Positions 20,610 to 30,621 of a stretch of DNA of 64,000 nucleotides are shown here, piece by piece; within the stretch, counting starts at the first letter, position 1; each line of letters starts with the position of its first letter. A program made the position numbers and the translations under genes. The stretch comes from a virus, in the IMG/VR virus record IMGVR_UViG_3300042563_002443; one strand, 5' to 3'. The notes beneath the pieces are model-generated. The model made no database searches and was not told the origin of the DNA. It saw only the letters and a list, made by a program, of their open reading frames with translations.

Positions 20610-21599
20610 ATGATGAATCGAATCAAACAAATGTATAAAGACTTTTTTGGCTATCGACTTAATGAAGCTGCATATGTTCCATACAACATAATGGATTTTG
20701 CTAAAAATAAAGGACCTTATGCAGTAGCGCTTGTTAAGAAAGCAGCAACATGGGCAGAAAAGTCCGGCAAAAGAATCAGCGGCGGAACGGCTATTGGTAA
20801 AAATTATAGCACTATTATCTTAGATATGAAACATCAAGGAGCTGAAATTTATATTAATCTAGATAATGAAACTATTGAATTGTTTGGTGAAGAAGTTTAT
20901 GATGCAAAATCATTTGCTCAAGTATTTAAAACTATGTCTGATACTAACAATATTATATTTTCAATTAATGACGAAAAATTAGATGATATATTGCAAGCAA
21001 ATCATCGTAGAGAATTAGAATATAGAAAAGATGTAACGGGTGATGTATATTATATATTACCAATAAAAGAGTTTGATCGATTTATTGGTTATGCAGATTC
21101 TGCAGGATATGATGTAGATTATGAAAACTCAGAAAATTCAGTAATTTATGTTGCAGACGCTGAAATTAAATTACGTGAACAAAACACCGGAACAATTTCA
21201 ACTAAAGATCCAAAGCAAGCTGAAGAACTTGCAAAAAAAGGAATCAACGTTAGTTTGTCAGAAGATGAATTAGACGAAGCTCAGCTTATTAATCATATGA
21301 CTGATTATCGTGGAGGAGTTGAATATGTAGTACGTGATGTAGCAGAAGCACAATCAGTTTCACAAAATATTCAACAATGGGCTGAGAAAAAAGGATTTAC
21401 TGTTGTTAACAAGAAAATTTCAAAATCAGGTCGAGTTGGATATTTTTATTTTAGACTAGGCGAAAACCCATCACAAGAATCACAAAAGATACAAGGATAT
21501 ATTTCACAAATGCCAAGTATTAAACATTTTAGATTTCGCGTAAGATCACAAAATTCTAGACCAACACAACCAGCACAACCAACGCCAGATATGGTATAA
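20610..21599 (+). CDS. Hypothetical multi-segment protein
   Basis: 329 aa with RLNE|AA, KLRE|Q and LDE|AQ boundaries. Confidence 0.6.
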   Translation: MMNRIKQMYKDFFGYRLNEAAYVPYNIMDFAKNKGPYAVALVKKAATWAEKSGKRISGGTAIGKNYSTIILDMKHQGAEIYINLDNETIELFGEEVYDAKSFAQVFKTMSDTNNIIFSINDEKLDDILQANHRRELEYRKDVTGDVYYILPIKEFDRFIGYADSAGYDVDYENSENSVIYVADAEIKLREQNTGTISTKDPKQAEELAKKGINVSLSEDELDEAQLINHMTDYRGGVEYVVRDVAEAQSVSQNIQQWAEKKGFTVVNKKISKSGRVGYFYFRLGENPSQESQKIQGYISQMPSIKHFRFRVRSQNSRPTQPAQPTPDMV

Positions 21600-21620
21600 A
21601 CAATTTATTAAACAAGTTAT

Positions 21621-21866
21621 ATGAGTAAAAAACAAAAACAACATCAAGCAATTGTCCCAGGCAATACATTAGCAGTAAAAGTTACCGGATCATCGCGAGA
21701 AGATTTAGCATATGCCCTTAAAGCATGGAAACGCAAAATAAAATCATCGGGAATTTTAGAAGAAGTAAAAGAACGAAAAGAATTTATTAAGCCTAGCGTC
21801 AAAAAAAGAAAACAATTACAAAATGCAAAATTTATGCAAATGGTAAGAGATTTACACGCAAATTAA
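21621..21866 (+). CDS. rpsU: Phage-encoded ribosomal protein bS21
   Basis: VKV...LAYALKAWKRKIKSSGILEEVKERKEFIKPSVKKRK matches the bS21 pattern. Confidence 0.88.
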   Translation: MSKKQKQHQAIVPGNTLAVKVTGSSREDLAYALKAWKRKIKSSGILEEVKERKEFIKPSVKKRKQLQNAKFMQMVRDLHAN

Positions 21867-21887
21867 AATTTAATTGATTTAAAATAT

Positions 21888-21918
21888 AAGCCCCTTCTTA
21901 AAAAGTTGGGGCTTTTTT
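21888..21918 (+). terminator. Rho-independent terminator after rpsU
   Basis: AAGCCCC...GGGGCTT stem followed by a T-tract. Confidence 0.8.
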
Positions 21919-21955
21919 ACTGATTTTTTATTTTTGCTTATATTTATTTTAGAAT

Positions 21956-22023
21956 ACGCTATTACAACATATATAGCGTTTATAGACAATTAAAATATTC
22001 TATTAAGATTTCAAATAATCTTA
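21956..22023 (+). promoter_or_regulatory. Structured 5' leader of the scaffold/capsid operon
   Basis: ACGCTAT(21956-62)/ATAGCGT(21973-79) and TAAGATT(22004-10)/AATCTTA(22017-23). Confidence 0.45.
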
Positions 22024-22053
22024 TTTCCAAAAACAAATTTAAGGAGAAAAACT

Positions 22054-23040
22054 ATGGCAAAATCAGATTTGCTAAAAGAAGCAATTGCCGACGCTCGTGC
22101 TGTTAAAGAAACTGCATTAGCAAACGCAAAAATTGCTTTACAAGAAGCATTCGCTCCCCGCTTAGAAAGAATGTTAGCTACAAAACTAACAAATGAAATT
22201 GAGGGTGAAGAAGAATTGCAAGAACCAAATTTGGATGATATGGGTGACGATGTCCCTGTAGAAGACGAAACAACAGACGGTGCTGTTGATTGGGTTGACA
22301 ATGATATTTCATTCTCAGTAGGTGGAAACACTTATGATGCTGAGATTGATAATTCAATGGAAGACGAACCAGTTGCAGAACCAGAAATGGGTGGTGAAGA
22401 AGAAGCACCAATGTCAAATGACGAAATGTCAGACGAGTACAATGAAAACTATGAGATGGATGAAGATCTAAATCTTGAAGCAATCATTCGCGAGTTAGAA
22501 GGCGATTTAGACGAACCAGAAATGGAAGAACCAGAAATGGAAGAGCCAATGATGGAAGGCGAGGAATATGCTGAAGAAGACGATTCGGATATGAACATTG
22601 ATGAAATCATTGAATCGATCCTACGTGAAGAAGAAGAAGATGTGCCTGCAGCAAAAGCAGACGATGAAGTTGAAGCAGTAAAAGAAGAATTGGAAGAAGC
22701 TTATAATACAGTTCGTCAATTGAAATCTATTATCAACGAAGTTAATCTTTTAAATGCAAAACTTCTTTACACAAACAAATTGTTTCGCAATTTTGAATTG
22801 TCAGAAAATCAAAAAATGAAAGTAATTGAAAATTTTGATAGAGCTGGTAATACAAGAGAAGTGAAATTAGTATTTAGTACGTTAGCTGAATCATTTAAAC
22901 GTCCAACAACAAAGAAACGTGTAGTTAAGGAATCATATGCATCTAAACCAGTTGCAACAACGGCTCCTAAATCTACAAATATTATTAATGAAGGATTTGA
23001 CCAAGCAGAACGATGGAAAAAATTAGCAGGATTGCTATAA
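22054..23040 (+). CDS. Prohead core scaffolding protein (gp22-like)
   Basis: Highly acidic, directly upstream of the capsid gene; C-terminal NEVNLLNAKLLY...WKKLAGL; SD AAGGAG. Confidence 0.8.
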   Translation: MAKSDLLKEAIADARAVKETALANAKIALQEAFAPRLERMLATKLTNEIEGEEELQEPNLDDMGDDVPVEDETTDGAVDWVDNDISFSVGGNTYDAEIDNSMEDEPVAEPEMGGEEEAPMSNDEMSDEYNENYEMDEDLNLEAIIRELEGDLDEPEMEEPEMEEPMMEGEEYAEEDDSDMNIDEIIESILREEEEDVPAAKADDEVEAVKEELEEAYNTVRQLKSIINEVNLLNAKLLYTNKLFRNFELSENQKMKVIENFDRAGNTREVKLVFSTLAESFKRPTTKKRVVKESYASKPVATTAPKSTNIINEGFDQAERWKKLAGLL

Positions 23041-23068
23041 ACATTTTAAAAAAAAAGGAAAACAAAAA

Positions 23069-24730
23069 ATGAGTATTTCAAATTTATTACAAACTAACGA
23101 TTTCGTTCAAAGAAACAATGCTAAATTAGCAGTTTCTAAATGGGAGAAGACAGGTTTGTTAGAAGGTCTTAGAACCGAAACAGAAAAAGCCGGTATGGCT
23201 CAATTGCTTGAGAACCAAGCAAGACAACTAGTAAAAGAAGCATCATCTACAGGAACAACTGCAGGATCAGAAGAATGGGCAGGAGTTGCTCTTCCATTGG
23301 TTCGTCGTATTTTTGCTGAATTTGCTGCAAAAGAATTCGTATCAGTTCAACCAATGAACTTGCCATCAGGTCTAGTATTTTACTTAGACTTTAAATATGG
23401 TACAGCTCAACCAGGATTTGATAATGACAACAACAGCAGATCAGGTGATCCATTTGGTTCTCCTAACGCTGACGATTCATTGTTTGGTGTAACAAGCACA
23501 ACGTTGGATCCATCAGGTGGTTTATATGGCGCAGGCCGATTTGGTTATTCAATCAATGAAACTTCAAGTGTAGTATTAGCAACAACGGCATCTGCCGCAA
23601 CTGCTGGTTCAGGATCTGTTAACTTTGATGCTAGCTATACAGGAACATTGTCAGGTTACAGCGTTGTTTATGTAGCAGCAACCGCTTTATCAAGCTCTGA
23701 TTTAACTGCAGTAAGATCATTTGTATTAACATCTGGTTCAAATATTACAGCAGCAATGAACGTTCCTGCATTTACAAAATACAATGCATCATCAGGTAAT
23801 GTTGAATTCTTTATTTCAAAATCAGCAGGGATGAATGGTACAACAGGATATACTGTATCGTATAGCAAACAACCGCTTGATTATGCTAGAGGTGATTTTG
23901 AAGACAACAAAGGATCAGCAGGCGCAGGAACATCAGGCTTGAATGCTGATATTGACATTCCAGAAATCAACTTGGAAATGCAATCAGATCCAATCGTTGC
24001 CAAGACTCGTAAGTTGAAAGCAGTTTGGACTCCAGAATTTGCTCAAGATTTAAATGCTTACCATTCAATTGATGCTGAAGCTGAATTAACTTCAATGTTG
24101 TCTGAGTATGTATCCATGGAAATCGATTTAGAGATCTTAGATATGTTAATCTCTGCAGCACCAACAACTGAATATTGGTCAGCATTGAACAACAACTTCT
24201 TCAACTCAGCAACTAACACATTCGTTCAATCGGGCGCAGGTGCAGCAACATCTTTAGGTGATGGATATTACAACACACAAGGTGGTTGGTTTCAAACATT
24301 AGGTACAAAACTTCAAAAAGTATCTAATAAGATTCACCAAAAAACTTTAAGAGGTGGTGCGAACTTCTTAGTAACTAGTCCAGCAGTAGCAACAATCCTT
24401 GAGTCTATCCCAGGATTTGCAGCTGAAACAGATGGCACTAAGATGGAATTTGCAGCAGGTGTACAAAAAATTGGTGCAATTAATAACCGATACACTGTAT
24501 ACAAAAACCCATACATGACAGAAAACATAATCTTAATGGGATTCAGAGGAGCACAGTTCTTAGAAACAGGAGCAGTATTTAGTCCTTATATTCCATTAAT
24601 TATGACTCCGTTAGTATACGATCCAGTTAACTTCACTCCACGTAAAGGTGTTATGACACGTTACGCGAAGAAAGTAGTTCGTCCAGAATTCTACGGAAAA
24701 GTATATGTTCATGGTTTAAATGCAATTTAA
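23069..24730 (+). CDS. Major capsid protein (gp23-like)
   Basis: LLENQ, LPLVRR, VQPMNLPSGLVF, AKTRKLKAVWTPEFAQDLNAYHSIDAEAEL, PYIPL, GVMTRY. Confidence 0.96.
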   Translation: MSISNLLQTNDFVQRNNAKLAVSKWEKTGLLEGLRTETEKAGMAQLLENQARQLVKEASSTGTTAGSEEWAGVALPLVRRIFAEFAAKEFVSVQPMNLPSGLVFYLDFKYGTAQPGFDNDNNSRSGDPFGSPNADDSLFGVTSTTLDPSGGLYGAGRFGYSINETSSVVLATTASAATAGSGSVNFDASYTGTLSGYSVVYVAATALSSSDLTAVRSFVLTSGSNITAAMNVPAFTKYNASSGNVEFFISKSAGMNGTTGYTVSYSKQPLDYARGDFEDNKGSAGAGTSGLNADIDIPEINLEMQSDPIVAKTRKLKAVWTPEFAQDLNAYHSIDAEAELTSMLSEYVSMEIDLEILDMLISAAPTTEYWSALNNNFFNSATNTFVQSGAGAATSLGDGYYNTQGGWFQTLGTKLQKVSNKIHQKTLRGGANFLVTSPAVATILESIPGFAAETDGTKMEFAAGVQKIGAINNRYTVYKNPYMTENIILMGFRGAQFLETGAVFSPYIPLIMTPLVYDPVNFTPRKGVMTRYAKKVVRPEFYGKVYVHGLNAI

Positions 24731-24776
24731 TAGTTAGTTAATTAATTTAATTACTAGTTAAATAATTAAAGGAATG

Positions 24777-24806
24777 AAAAGGGGTGGCTTCGGTCATCCC
24801 TTTTTT
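24777..24806 (+). terminator. Rho-independent terminator after the capsid gene
   Basis: GGGGTGGC-TTCG-GTCATCCC followed by T6. Confidence 0.88.
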
Positions 24807-24841
24807 ACTGTACAAATATTTATAATAAAGGAAAAATATAT

Positions 24842-25117
24842 ATGGCAGTTCCAAGAAATAAATATTCAATGCAAGCTATCATTCGTTATGACGGACGTTT
24901 GGTTGATGTTCTAGATCGAATTCGAGCAATCCGTTTAGTACTTATGGTGCATATTGAACAAGATTTAGGAAAAAATAAAGAATTAATTACAATCAAAGTT
25001 ATGACTCCTTATCCAGCCCGCGAAACATTTAAAGCAATTCGACAAATGGCCTTAGGAAAAATTGAAACATGTAAAGACATAACTTTACAAGAATCTACAC
25101 TTACAAAATTATCTTAA
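24842..25117 (+). CDS. Hypothetical protein
   Basis: 91 aa; late-type motif and SD upstream. Confidence 0.65.
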   Translation: MAVPRNKYSMQAIIRYDGRLVDVLDRIRAIRLVLMVHIEQDLGKNKELITIKVMTPYPARETFKAIRQMALGKIETCKDITLQESTLTKLS

Positions 25118-25129
25118 TTAAATTAAATT

Positions 25130-25789
25130 ATGGCTACACTAAACAAGGAAAAAACTCCACCGAAAACTGAAATTAAATTTTCAATTACATTATCTGAAGA
25201 ACAAAAATTAGCAAAAGCAAAAATCATTGAAACACCTTTTAATTTTATTTTAGGAGCAGCTGGTTCAGGCAAAACATTGTTAGCAGTTCAAATAGCATTG
25301 GACATGTTTTTTAAACGAAGAGTCAATAAAATTATAATAACAAGACCTACAGTATCAAATGAAGATAATGGATTTTTGCCAGGATCACTTAATGAAAAGA
25401 TGGAGCCATGGTTAGTTCCAATTCGTAGTAATATGCGTAAAGTTTACAATAAACCAGAATTACTAGAAAAAATGGAAAAGGAAGAAAATATTGAACTAGT
25501 TTCATTAGCACACTTTCGAGGAAGAACATTTGATAATGCTGTTTGTATAGTAGATGAATTTCAAAACTTGACAAAAGAACAATTAAAAATGGTATTATCT
25601 AGATTAGGTAAAGACAGTATCATGATTTTATGTGGCGACAAATATCAAGTAGATTTAAAATTTAAAAATGATTCTGCAACTCACGAAGTTCCAAAACTAC
25701 GAGATTCAATTTGGGTCAATGAAATTGTTTTATTGGATAATCATCGACATGAAGCTTTACATGATATTTTATCTCGTTTAAATGATTAA
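25130..25789 (+). CDS. phoH: PhoH-like ATPase
   Basis: GAAGSGKT, GFLPG, FRGRTF, DEFQN, SRLG, GDxxQxD. Confidence 0.93.
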   Translation: MATLNKEKTPPKTEIKFSITLSEEQKLAKAKIIETPFNFILGAAGSGKTLLAVQIALDMFFKRRVNKIIITRPTVSNEDNGFLPGSLNEKMEPWLVPIRSNMRKVYNKPELLEKMEKEENIELVSLAHFRGRTFDNAVCIVDEFQNLTKEQLKMVLSRLGKDSIMILCGDKYQVDLKFKNDSATHEVPKLRDSIWVNEIVLLDNHRHEALHDILSRLND

Positions 25790-25818
25790 CAACAATATTT
25801 ATATAAAAGGAACAAATA

Positions 25819-27048
25819 ATGGATTACAGCACAAATAAACCAATCTGGCCCGGAAGTTCATCTTTCACAACAGGATCTACGCCTTTTGGATTTTTTGATA
25901 CTGATGCCATGTTCCAAAAACATGCAGATAGCTTCGCAAAATATGCTGCTCAACATATTGGATATCCGATCATGGATATTGAACTTTTAGATATAAACTT
26001 CTATACAGCATTTGAAGCATCTGTAATGGAATATTCAAATCAAGTTAATCAAGTTAACATTGTTAACAATTTGATGAATACATTGGGTATTCAAACAGGC
26101 TCCGGATTTATGTCAGGTTCAAGCTTCACGGGACAACAAATAGGTAATTCATTTGGATACATATCAAAACTATCAAAAGCATATGGCACAGAAGCTGATT
26201 CGGGAGGAACAGCAAAGTGGTATAAAGCTAAAGTAGATATGATTCCGGGACAACAGACATATAGTATTCGAACCGCAGTATCTAAATCTTTAGGAATTAA
26301 TTTAACAAATACTAGTTCAATTGAAATTAAACGAGTGCTTCACAATCCACCGCCAGCAATTGTTAGATATTTTGACCCATTTGTTGGAACTGGATTAGGT
26401 TCTCAACAATTACTTGATTCATTTGGATTTGGTGGAATGTCTCCATCAATTAGTTTCATGATGATGCCAATACATGCAGATTTATTGAGATTACAGGCAA
26501 TTGAATTTAATGATCAAATACGTAAGTCACACTACACTTTTGAAGTACATGGAGATGATATCAAATTTTGGCCGGTACCGACATCAGGAACAGGTTCAGC
26601 ATCGTCAACAATATTTTATGGATCTGTATGGTTTGAATTTTTATTTGAAGAAGATAAAAACAATGATGCACTTTTATTCGGCAATACAGCTCTTATAAAC
26701 GGGGCAGTAAGTGACGCATCAAATATACCATATACATATCAAACATACAGTAGCATTAATGATATGGGGCGTGCGTGGATTATAAAATACGGATCAGCAT
26801 TAGCAAAAGAAATGTTAGGATTTGTACGTGGAAAATATAGTTCAATTCCTATTCCTAATTCAGAAATAACATTAAACGGCTCAGAATTAATATCACAAGG
26901 TCAAACTGAAAAAGGTGAATTAATAACTCAACTACGAGAATTTTTAGATAAAATGACCAAAGAGCAAATGCTAACAAGACAAAATACAGAAGCAACTCAA
27001 ATGAATGAAATTCTTGCAAAAGTTCCATTAAAAATTTATGTTGGATAA
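25819..27048 (+). CDS. Neck protein (gp13-like head-tail adaptor)
   Basis: GYPIMDIEL; C-terminal WIIKY...AKEMLG.RGKY...TLNG pattern; position after the capsid gene. Confidence 0.7.
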   Translation: MDYSTNKPIWPGSSSFTTGSTPFGFFDTDAMFQKHADSFAKYAAQHIGYPIMDIELLDINFYTAFEASVMEYSNQVNQVNIVNNLMNTLGIQTGSGFMSGSSFTGQQIGNSFGYISKLSKAYGTEADSGGTAKWYKAKVDMIPGQQTYSIRTAVSKSLGINLTNTSSIEIKRVLHNPPPAIVRYFDPFVGTGLGSQQLLDSFGFGGMSPSISFMMMPIHADLLRLQAIEFNDQIRKSHYTFEVHGDDIKFWPVPTSGTGSASSTIFYGSVWFEFLFEEDKNNDALLFGNTALINGAVSDASNIPYTYQTYSSINDMGRAWIIKYGSALAKEMLGFVRGKYSSIPIPNSEITLNGSELISQGQTEKGELITQLREFLDKMTKEQMLTRQNTEATQMNEILAKVPLKIYVG

Positions 27049-27060
27049 CGGAGAACACTT

Positions 27061-27582
27061 ATGGCACTATTTGGAGGAATTAGAGATGCTCGATTTTTAG
27101 CTGCAGTTAATTCGGAATTGCTTAATTCAATTATTGATACTGAAATTGAGTTTTTTAAATTAATAGTAGAATCTAGCAATTCAAATATATATGGCGAATC
27201 AGAATCAAAAGCATTCAATGATTCTATTTTGATTCCATGTTTAATTACCAAAGAAACAAAAACAGCAAACATGGATGATTTTGGTCATTCATATACAAGA
27301 ACAGCACAATTTGCAATATCACGAGATATTTTAGAACGAGCTTCATTTTTTCCTGAAGTTGGAGACATTGTATTTTGGGACAATGAATATTATGAATTAG
27401 ACAACATTGATGCAAATCAATACTTTGCAGGAAAGAATCCAGAAACATGGCCAAATGGATCACAACATGGTTACAGTGTTTCTGTATTATGTGAATCTCA
27501 TGCAACAAAACAAACACCGCAAGGAATTAAAGATATACGACGAGGCGGAAATAATAATTCGCCGGCATATAAAGGATATTAA
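27061..27582 (+). CDS. Head completion / neck protein (gp14-like)
   Basis: NIYGES...F and PEVGDIV...YYE pattern; synteny. Confidence 0.6.
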   Translation: MALFGGIRDARFLAAVNSELLNSIIDTEIEFFKLIVESSNSNIYGESESKAFNDSILIPCLITKETKTANMDDFGHSYTRTAQFAISRDILERASFFPEVGDIVFWDNEYYELDNIDANQYFAGKNPETWPNGSQHGYSVSVLCESHATKQTPQGIKDIRRGGNNNSPAYKGY

Positions 27583-28802
27583 TGCCTAGATTGAATAGAC
27601 AGGATATTGATCGTAAAACCAATAAACCTAATCCAAAACAAACGGAAGGGGTATCTAACGATTCAATTTTAAATCGGGCAGAACAATTGCGACGCGACGA
27701 TGATATAATTCGTACGCCAAAACGTACAACATATGATATTGATCATGCAATTAAATGGTTTATAGAAAATGAAATACAACCACAACTAGAAACCAACAAT
27801 CAAACAATTCCAGTCCCGGTAATATTTGCTGCCGGAGAGAAATGGGATAATGTACGTCGTTTAGGTTATATGCGAGATGAAAAAGGAATGATTCAATCTC
27901 CAATGATCATGTTAAAACGAAACAGTGTATCGGAACGAGACTCAGTTAAATCATTGGATGTGAATCGACCTCAATCTGAAAACGTGCGGATCTATCAAAC
28001 AAAATACAATGAACGCAATCGGTATGAAGATGATTTATTTCCAATACCAACCAATCAACCAAATGAATCTATTAAAGTTTATGTTGTAGACATTCCTAAA
28101 TATGTAACAATTGAATATGATATGATGTTGTGGTGTGATTTTACAACACAAATGAATTCATTGGTTGATCAAATTTTACCATACGGTCGATTTGCTTGGG
28201 GAAATGAACAAAATCGTTTTACTACTACAATTGGAAGCATAAGTTTCGAAACAGTTAATACGGTGGGAGAAGATAGATTGGTTCGAGCAACTATTCCATT
28301 AACTGTATTAGGAACATTGTTATCAGAACAAGAAGCACGACGTTCAACTTTAAAGAAAATGTATTCAATTAAAAAATTAACATTTGAACAAGTGATTGAT
28401 ATTGAATCAGATATATTTAGCACAACAATTGTGCCAGCACAAATAATTCAAGCACAAAATATTATTAATAGTGGCGGAACTGTTATTGTTAGTGGTGGAG
28501 GAAGCTCTACTACAATTGATTCTGCAGTATTATTATATTTAACAGAATTATCAGATAAACAAGCAACATGGGCAAGTACAACTACAGTTACTATACCATA
28601 CGCAGTAGGATTAAACCCAGCAACAATGTTAGCAGCAACTAAAAATGAATTCAATGTTTATGTTAACGGTCAATATATTGATAAAGCAGTATATGCATGG
28701 ACACCAACTTTAACAACACAATCAATTGTATTTGATACCAGCATATTAGGATACACACTAGATGCTACAGACACAATAATTGTAAATGGGAGATGGGCAT
28801 AA
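27582..28802 (+). CDS. Tail terminator / sheath stabiliser (gp15-like) with C-terminal extension
   Basis: IPVPVIFA.GEKW, PMIML.R, PKYVTIEY; synteny. Confidence 0.6.
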   Translation: MPRLNRQDIDRKTNKPNPKQTEGVSNDSILNRAEQLRRDDDIIRTPKRTTYDIDHAIKWFIENEIQPQLETNNQTIPVPVIFAAGEKWDNVRRLGYMRDEKGMIQSPMIMLKRNSVSERDSVKSLDVNRPQSENVRIYQTKYNERNRYEDDLFPIPTNQPNESIKVYVVDIPKYVTIEYDMMLWCDFTTQMNSLVDQILPYGRFAWGNEQNRFTTTIGSISFETVNTVGEDRLVRATIPLTVLGTLLSEQEARRSTLKKMYSIKKLTFEQVIDIESDIFSTTIVPAQIIQAQNIINSGGTVIVSGGGSSTTIDSAVLLYLTELSDKQATWASTTTVTIPYAVGLNPATMLAATKNEFNVYVNGQYIDKAVYAWTPTLTTQSIVFDTSILGYTLDATDTIIVNGRWA

Positions 28803-30613
28803 TGGCAAGACAATTTAAACCAGGTCAATTACAAACCGGATCCTTATTCAATATATCTTCCTCTTACGCATTAACAGCCTCTTTTGCGTTAAACGGAGGA
28901 AGCGGAGGCAGCTCATTCCCATACACCGGATCAGCAAGAATTACAGGTTCATTAGTAGTTACTGGAAGTGTTAAAGCAACTGCCGGATTTACTGGATCAC
29001 TACAAGGTACTGCAACCTTTGCTAATGCTACAAATACATCCTTCTATGCAGATACAGCAAATAGTGCAGCATTTGCAGCAGCTCCATCAGGTGATTGGGT
29101 TCCTGCAAAACCAGACGGTGGTGGTTTTTCACAATACAATTTAGGATCACCCGAATCCGCATGGAATCATTTATATATCAGAGATCGTACTATATTCTTT
29201 TTGTCAGAAAGTATTGGAGCTCCAACAATATCTAGTAGTCTTAGTGTTGAAGAAGATCCGGATGGATCCTCTCGTTTTATATTAGGTACTAAAGAGCCAG
29301 GTAGTACAAAGAAAAACATAGTTATATCAGATAAAGGAGCATCCTTAGCTATAACTGCTTCATATGCATTAACGGCTTCTTATGCCCAAAATGCACAAAC
29401 TGCATCATTTTTTAGTGGCTCAGCATCAAATGCAGTAAGTGCTTCATATGCATTAACGGCTTCTTATGCCCAAAATGCACAAACTGCATCATTTATTAAC
29501 CCAACGTTTATATCGCAATCTGCAGCTGCTAGCGGATTTGGTGCAGGGGTTACATATGTGTCTGCTAGCAATAATCCATTAAATGAAATTGAAGTAGCTG
29601 ATTATGATAGCAACGTAGCTGTAACATTCGTTAACGGAAGACTTAAATTTATATTTGGAACACCTACAGTACCATCGGCCCCAGTAGCTTCTTTTAATAG
29701 CACATTTGCAACGGATAGATTTAATCAGGTATTCGATGCTTATACGGTTACGGGAACAATAGCAGTAGGTGGATATACTTTAATAAGTGCATCACTATAC
29801 GAAGGTGGTGTTTTATTAACAAGTACTGGATCACTAGCAACTCAATTAGTTTATAACACAACTACAACTGGAAGTCATACATATAGTCTGCAAGTAACTG
29901 CATCAAGTCCGTTAGACAATACGTTGAACATGCAATCAACTACACTTACAGGATCCTTATCAAAAACCAACCCAGGATCACCAACAATTACACCAACAGC
30001 AACTGTTCAACTAGGCTCAACATCAAACCAAATAGAACAAGGAGCTACAGGTAGTATTTCATTTGTATCAGCTTCTGGAACAGCAAATGGTTGGGTTCAT
30101 AATTTTACTTCAACAAATGTAACATCACCTATATTTGTAACTGGTTCTGCAACTGGATCAAGTTCAATAACCGCAACTGCAACATCCTATTATTCCTCAT
30201 CAGGAGTATTAGGATCTGACAATAGTCCAGCATTGACAATAACATCTTCAAACTCATTCACATATACAAAGATTAGAAGTTTAAGATATGGAGCATCAGC
30301 GGCAACAGCGTTTACATCTACAGAGTTAGAAAATTTAGCTACATGGGATACTGCTCTAGGTGGTACAGTTGGAACTATATCGAAAGGAACAACAACAGCA
30401 AGTGGAGCAACATTAACAATAACTTGGACCGGCGACAAGTATCATTATATAGTATATAATAGCTCACTAGCAAGTTTAACAAACATAACAACGGGTGGAT
30501 TTGGTGTACTTGGTTCATTCACACTAACAACAGTAGGTCAATATAAAGTATATAGATCAAACACACTACAAGCCGGCGGAGCAGGAACAAGTATAACATA
30601 CATATTAACATAA
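28802..30613 (+). CDS. Fibre-like structural protein
   Basis: S/T/G-rich with ASYALTAS and GFTGSL modules; start 28802 (MARQFKP). Confidence 0.6.
   Translation: MARQFKPGQLQTGSLFNISSSYALTASFALNGGSGGSSFPYTGSARITGSLVVTGSVKATAGFTGSLQGTATFANATNTSFYADTANSAAFAAAPSGDWVPAKPDGGGFSQYNLGSPESAWNHLYIRDRTIFFLSESIGAPTISSSLSVEEDPDGSSRFILGTKEPGSTKKNIVISDKGASLAITASYALTASYAQNAQTASFFSGSASNAVSASYALTASYAQNAQTASFINPTFISQSAAASGFGAGVTYVSASNNPLNEIEVADYDSNVAVTFVNGRLKFIFGTPTVPSAPVASFNSTFATDRFNQVFDAYTVTGTIAVGGYTLISASLYEGGVLLTSTGSLATQLVYNTTTTGSHTYSLQVTASSPLDNTLNMQSTTLTGSLSKTNPGSPTITPTATVQLGSTSNQIEQGATGSISFVSASGTANGWVHNFTSTNVTSPIFVTGSATGSSSITATATSYYSSSGVLGSDNSPALTITSSNSFTYTKIRSLRYGASAATAFTSTELENLATWDTALGGTVGTISKGTTTASGATLTITWTGDKYHYIVYNSSLASLTNITTGGFGVLGSFTLTTVGQYKVYRSNTLQAGGAGTSITYILT
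29356..29494 (+). repeat. 55-bp exact direct repeat (period 84)
   Basis: 29356-29410 = 29440-29494, encoding ASYALTASYAQNAQTASF. Confidence 0.9.
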
Positions 30614-30621
30614 GATAAAAG

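Noticed and set aside
25130-25789. phoH as a novel finding
   Set aside because: It is a common gene in large aquatic phages; annotated only.
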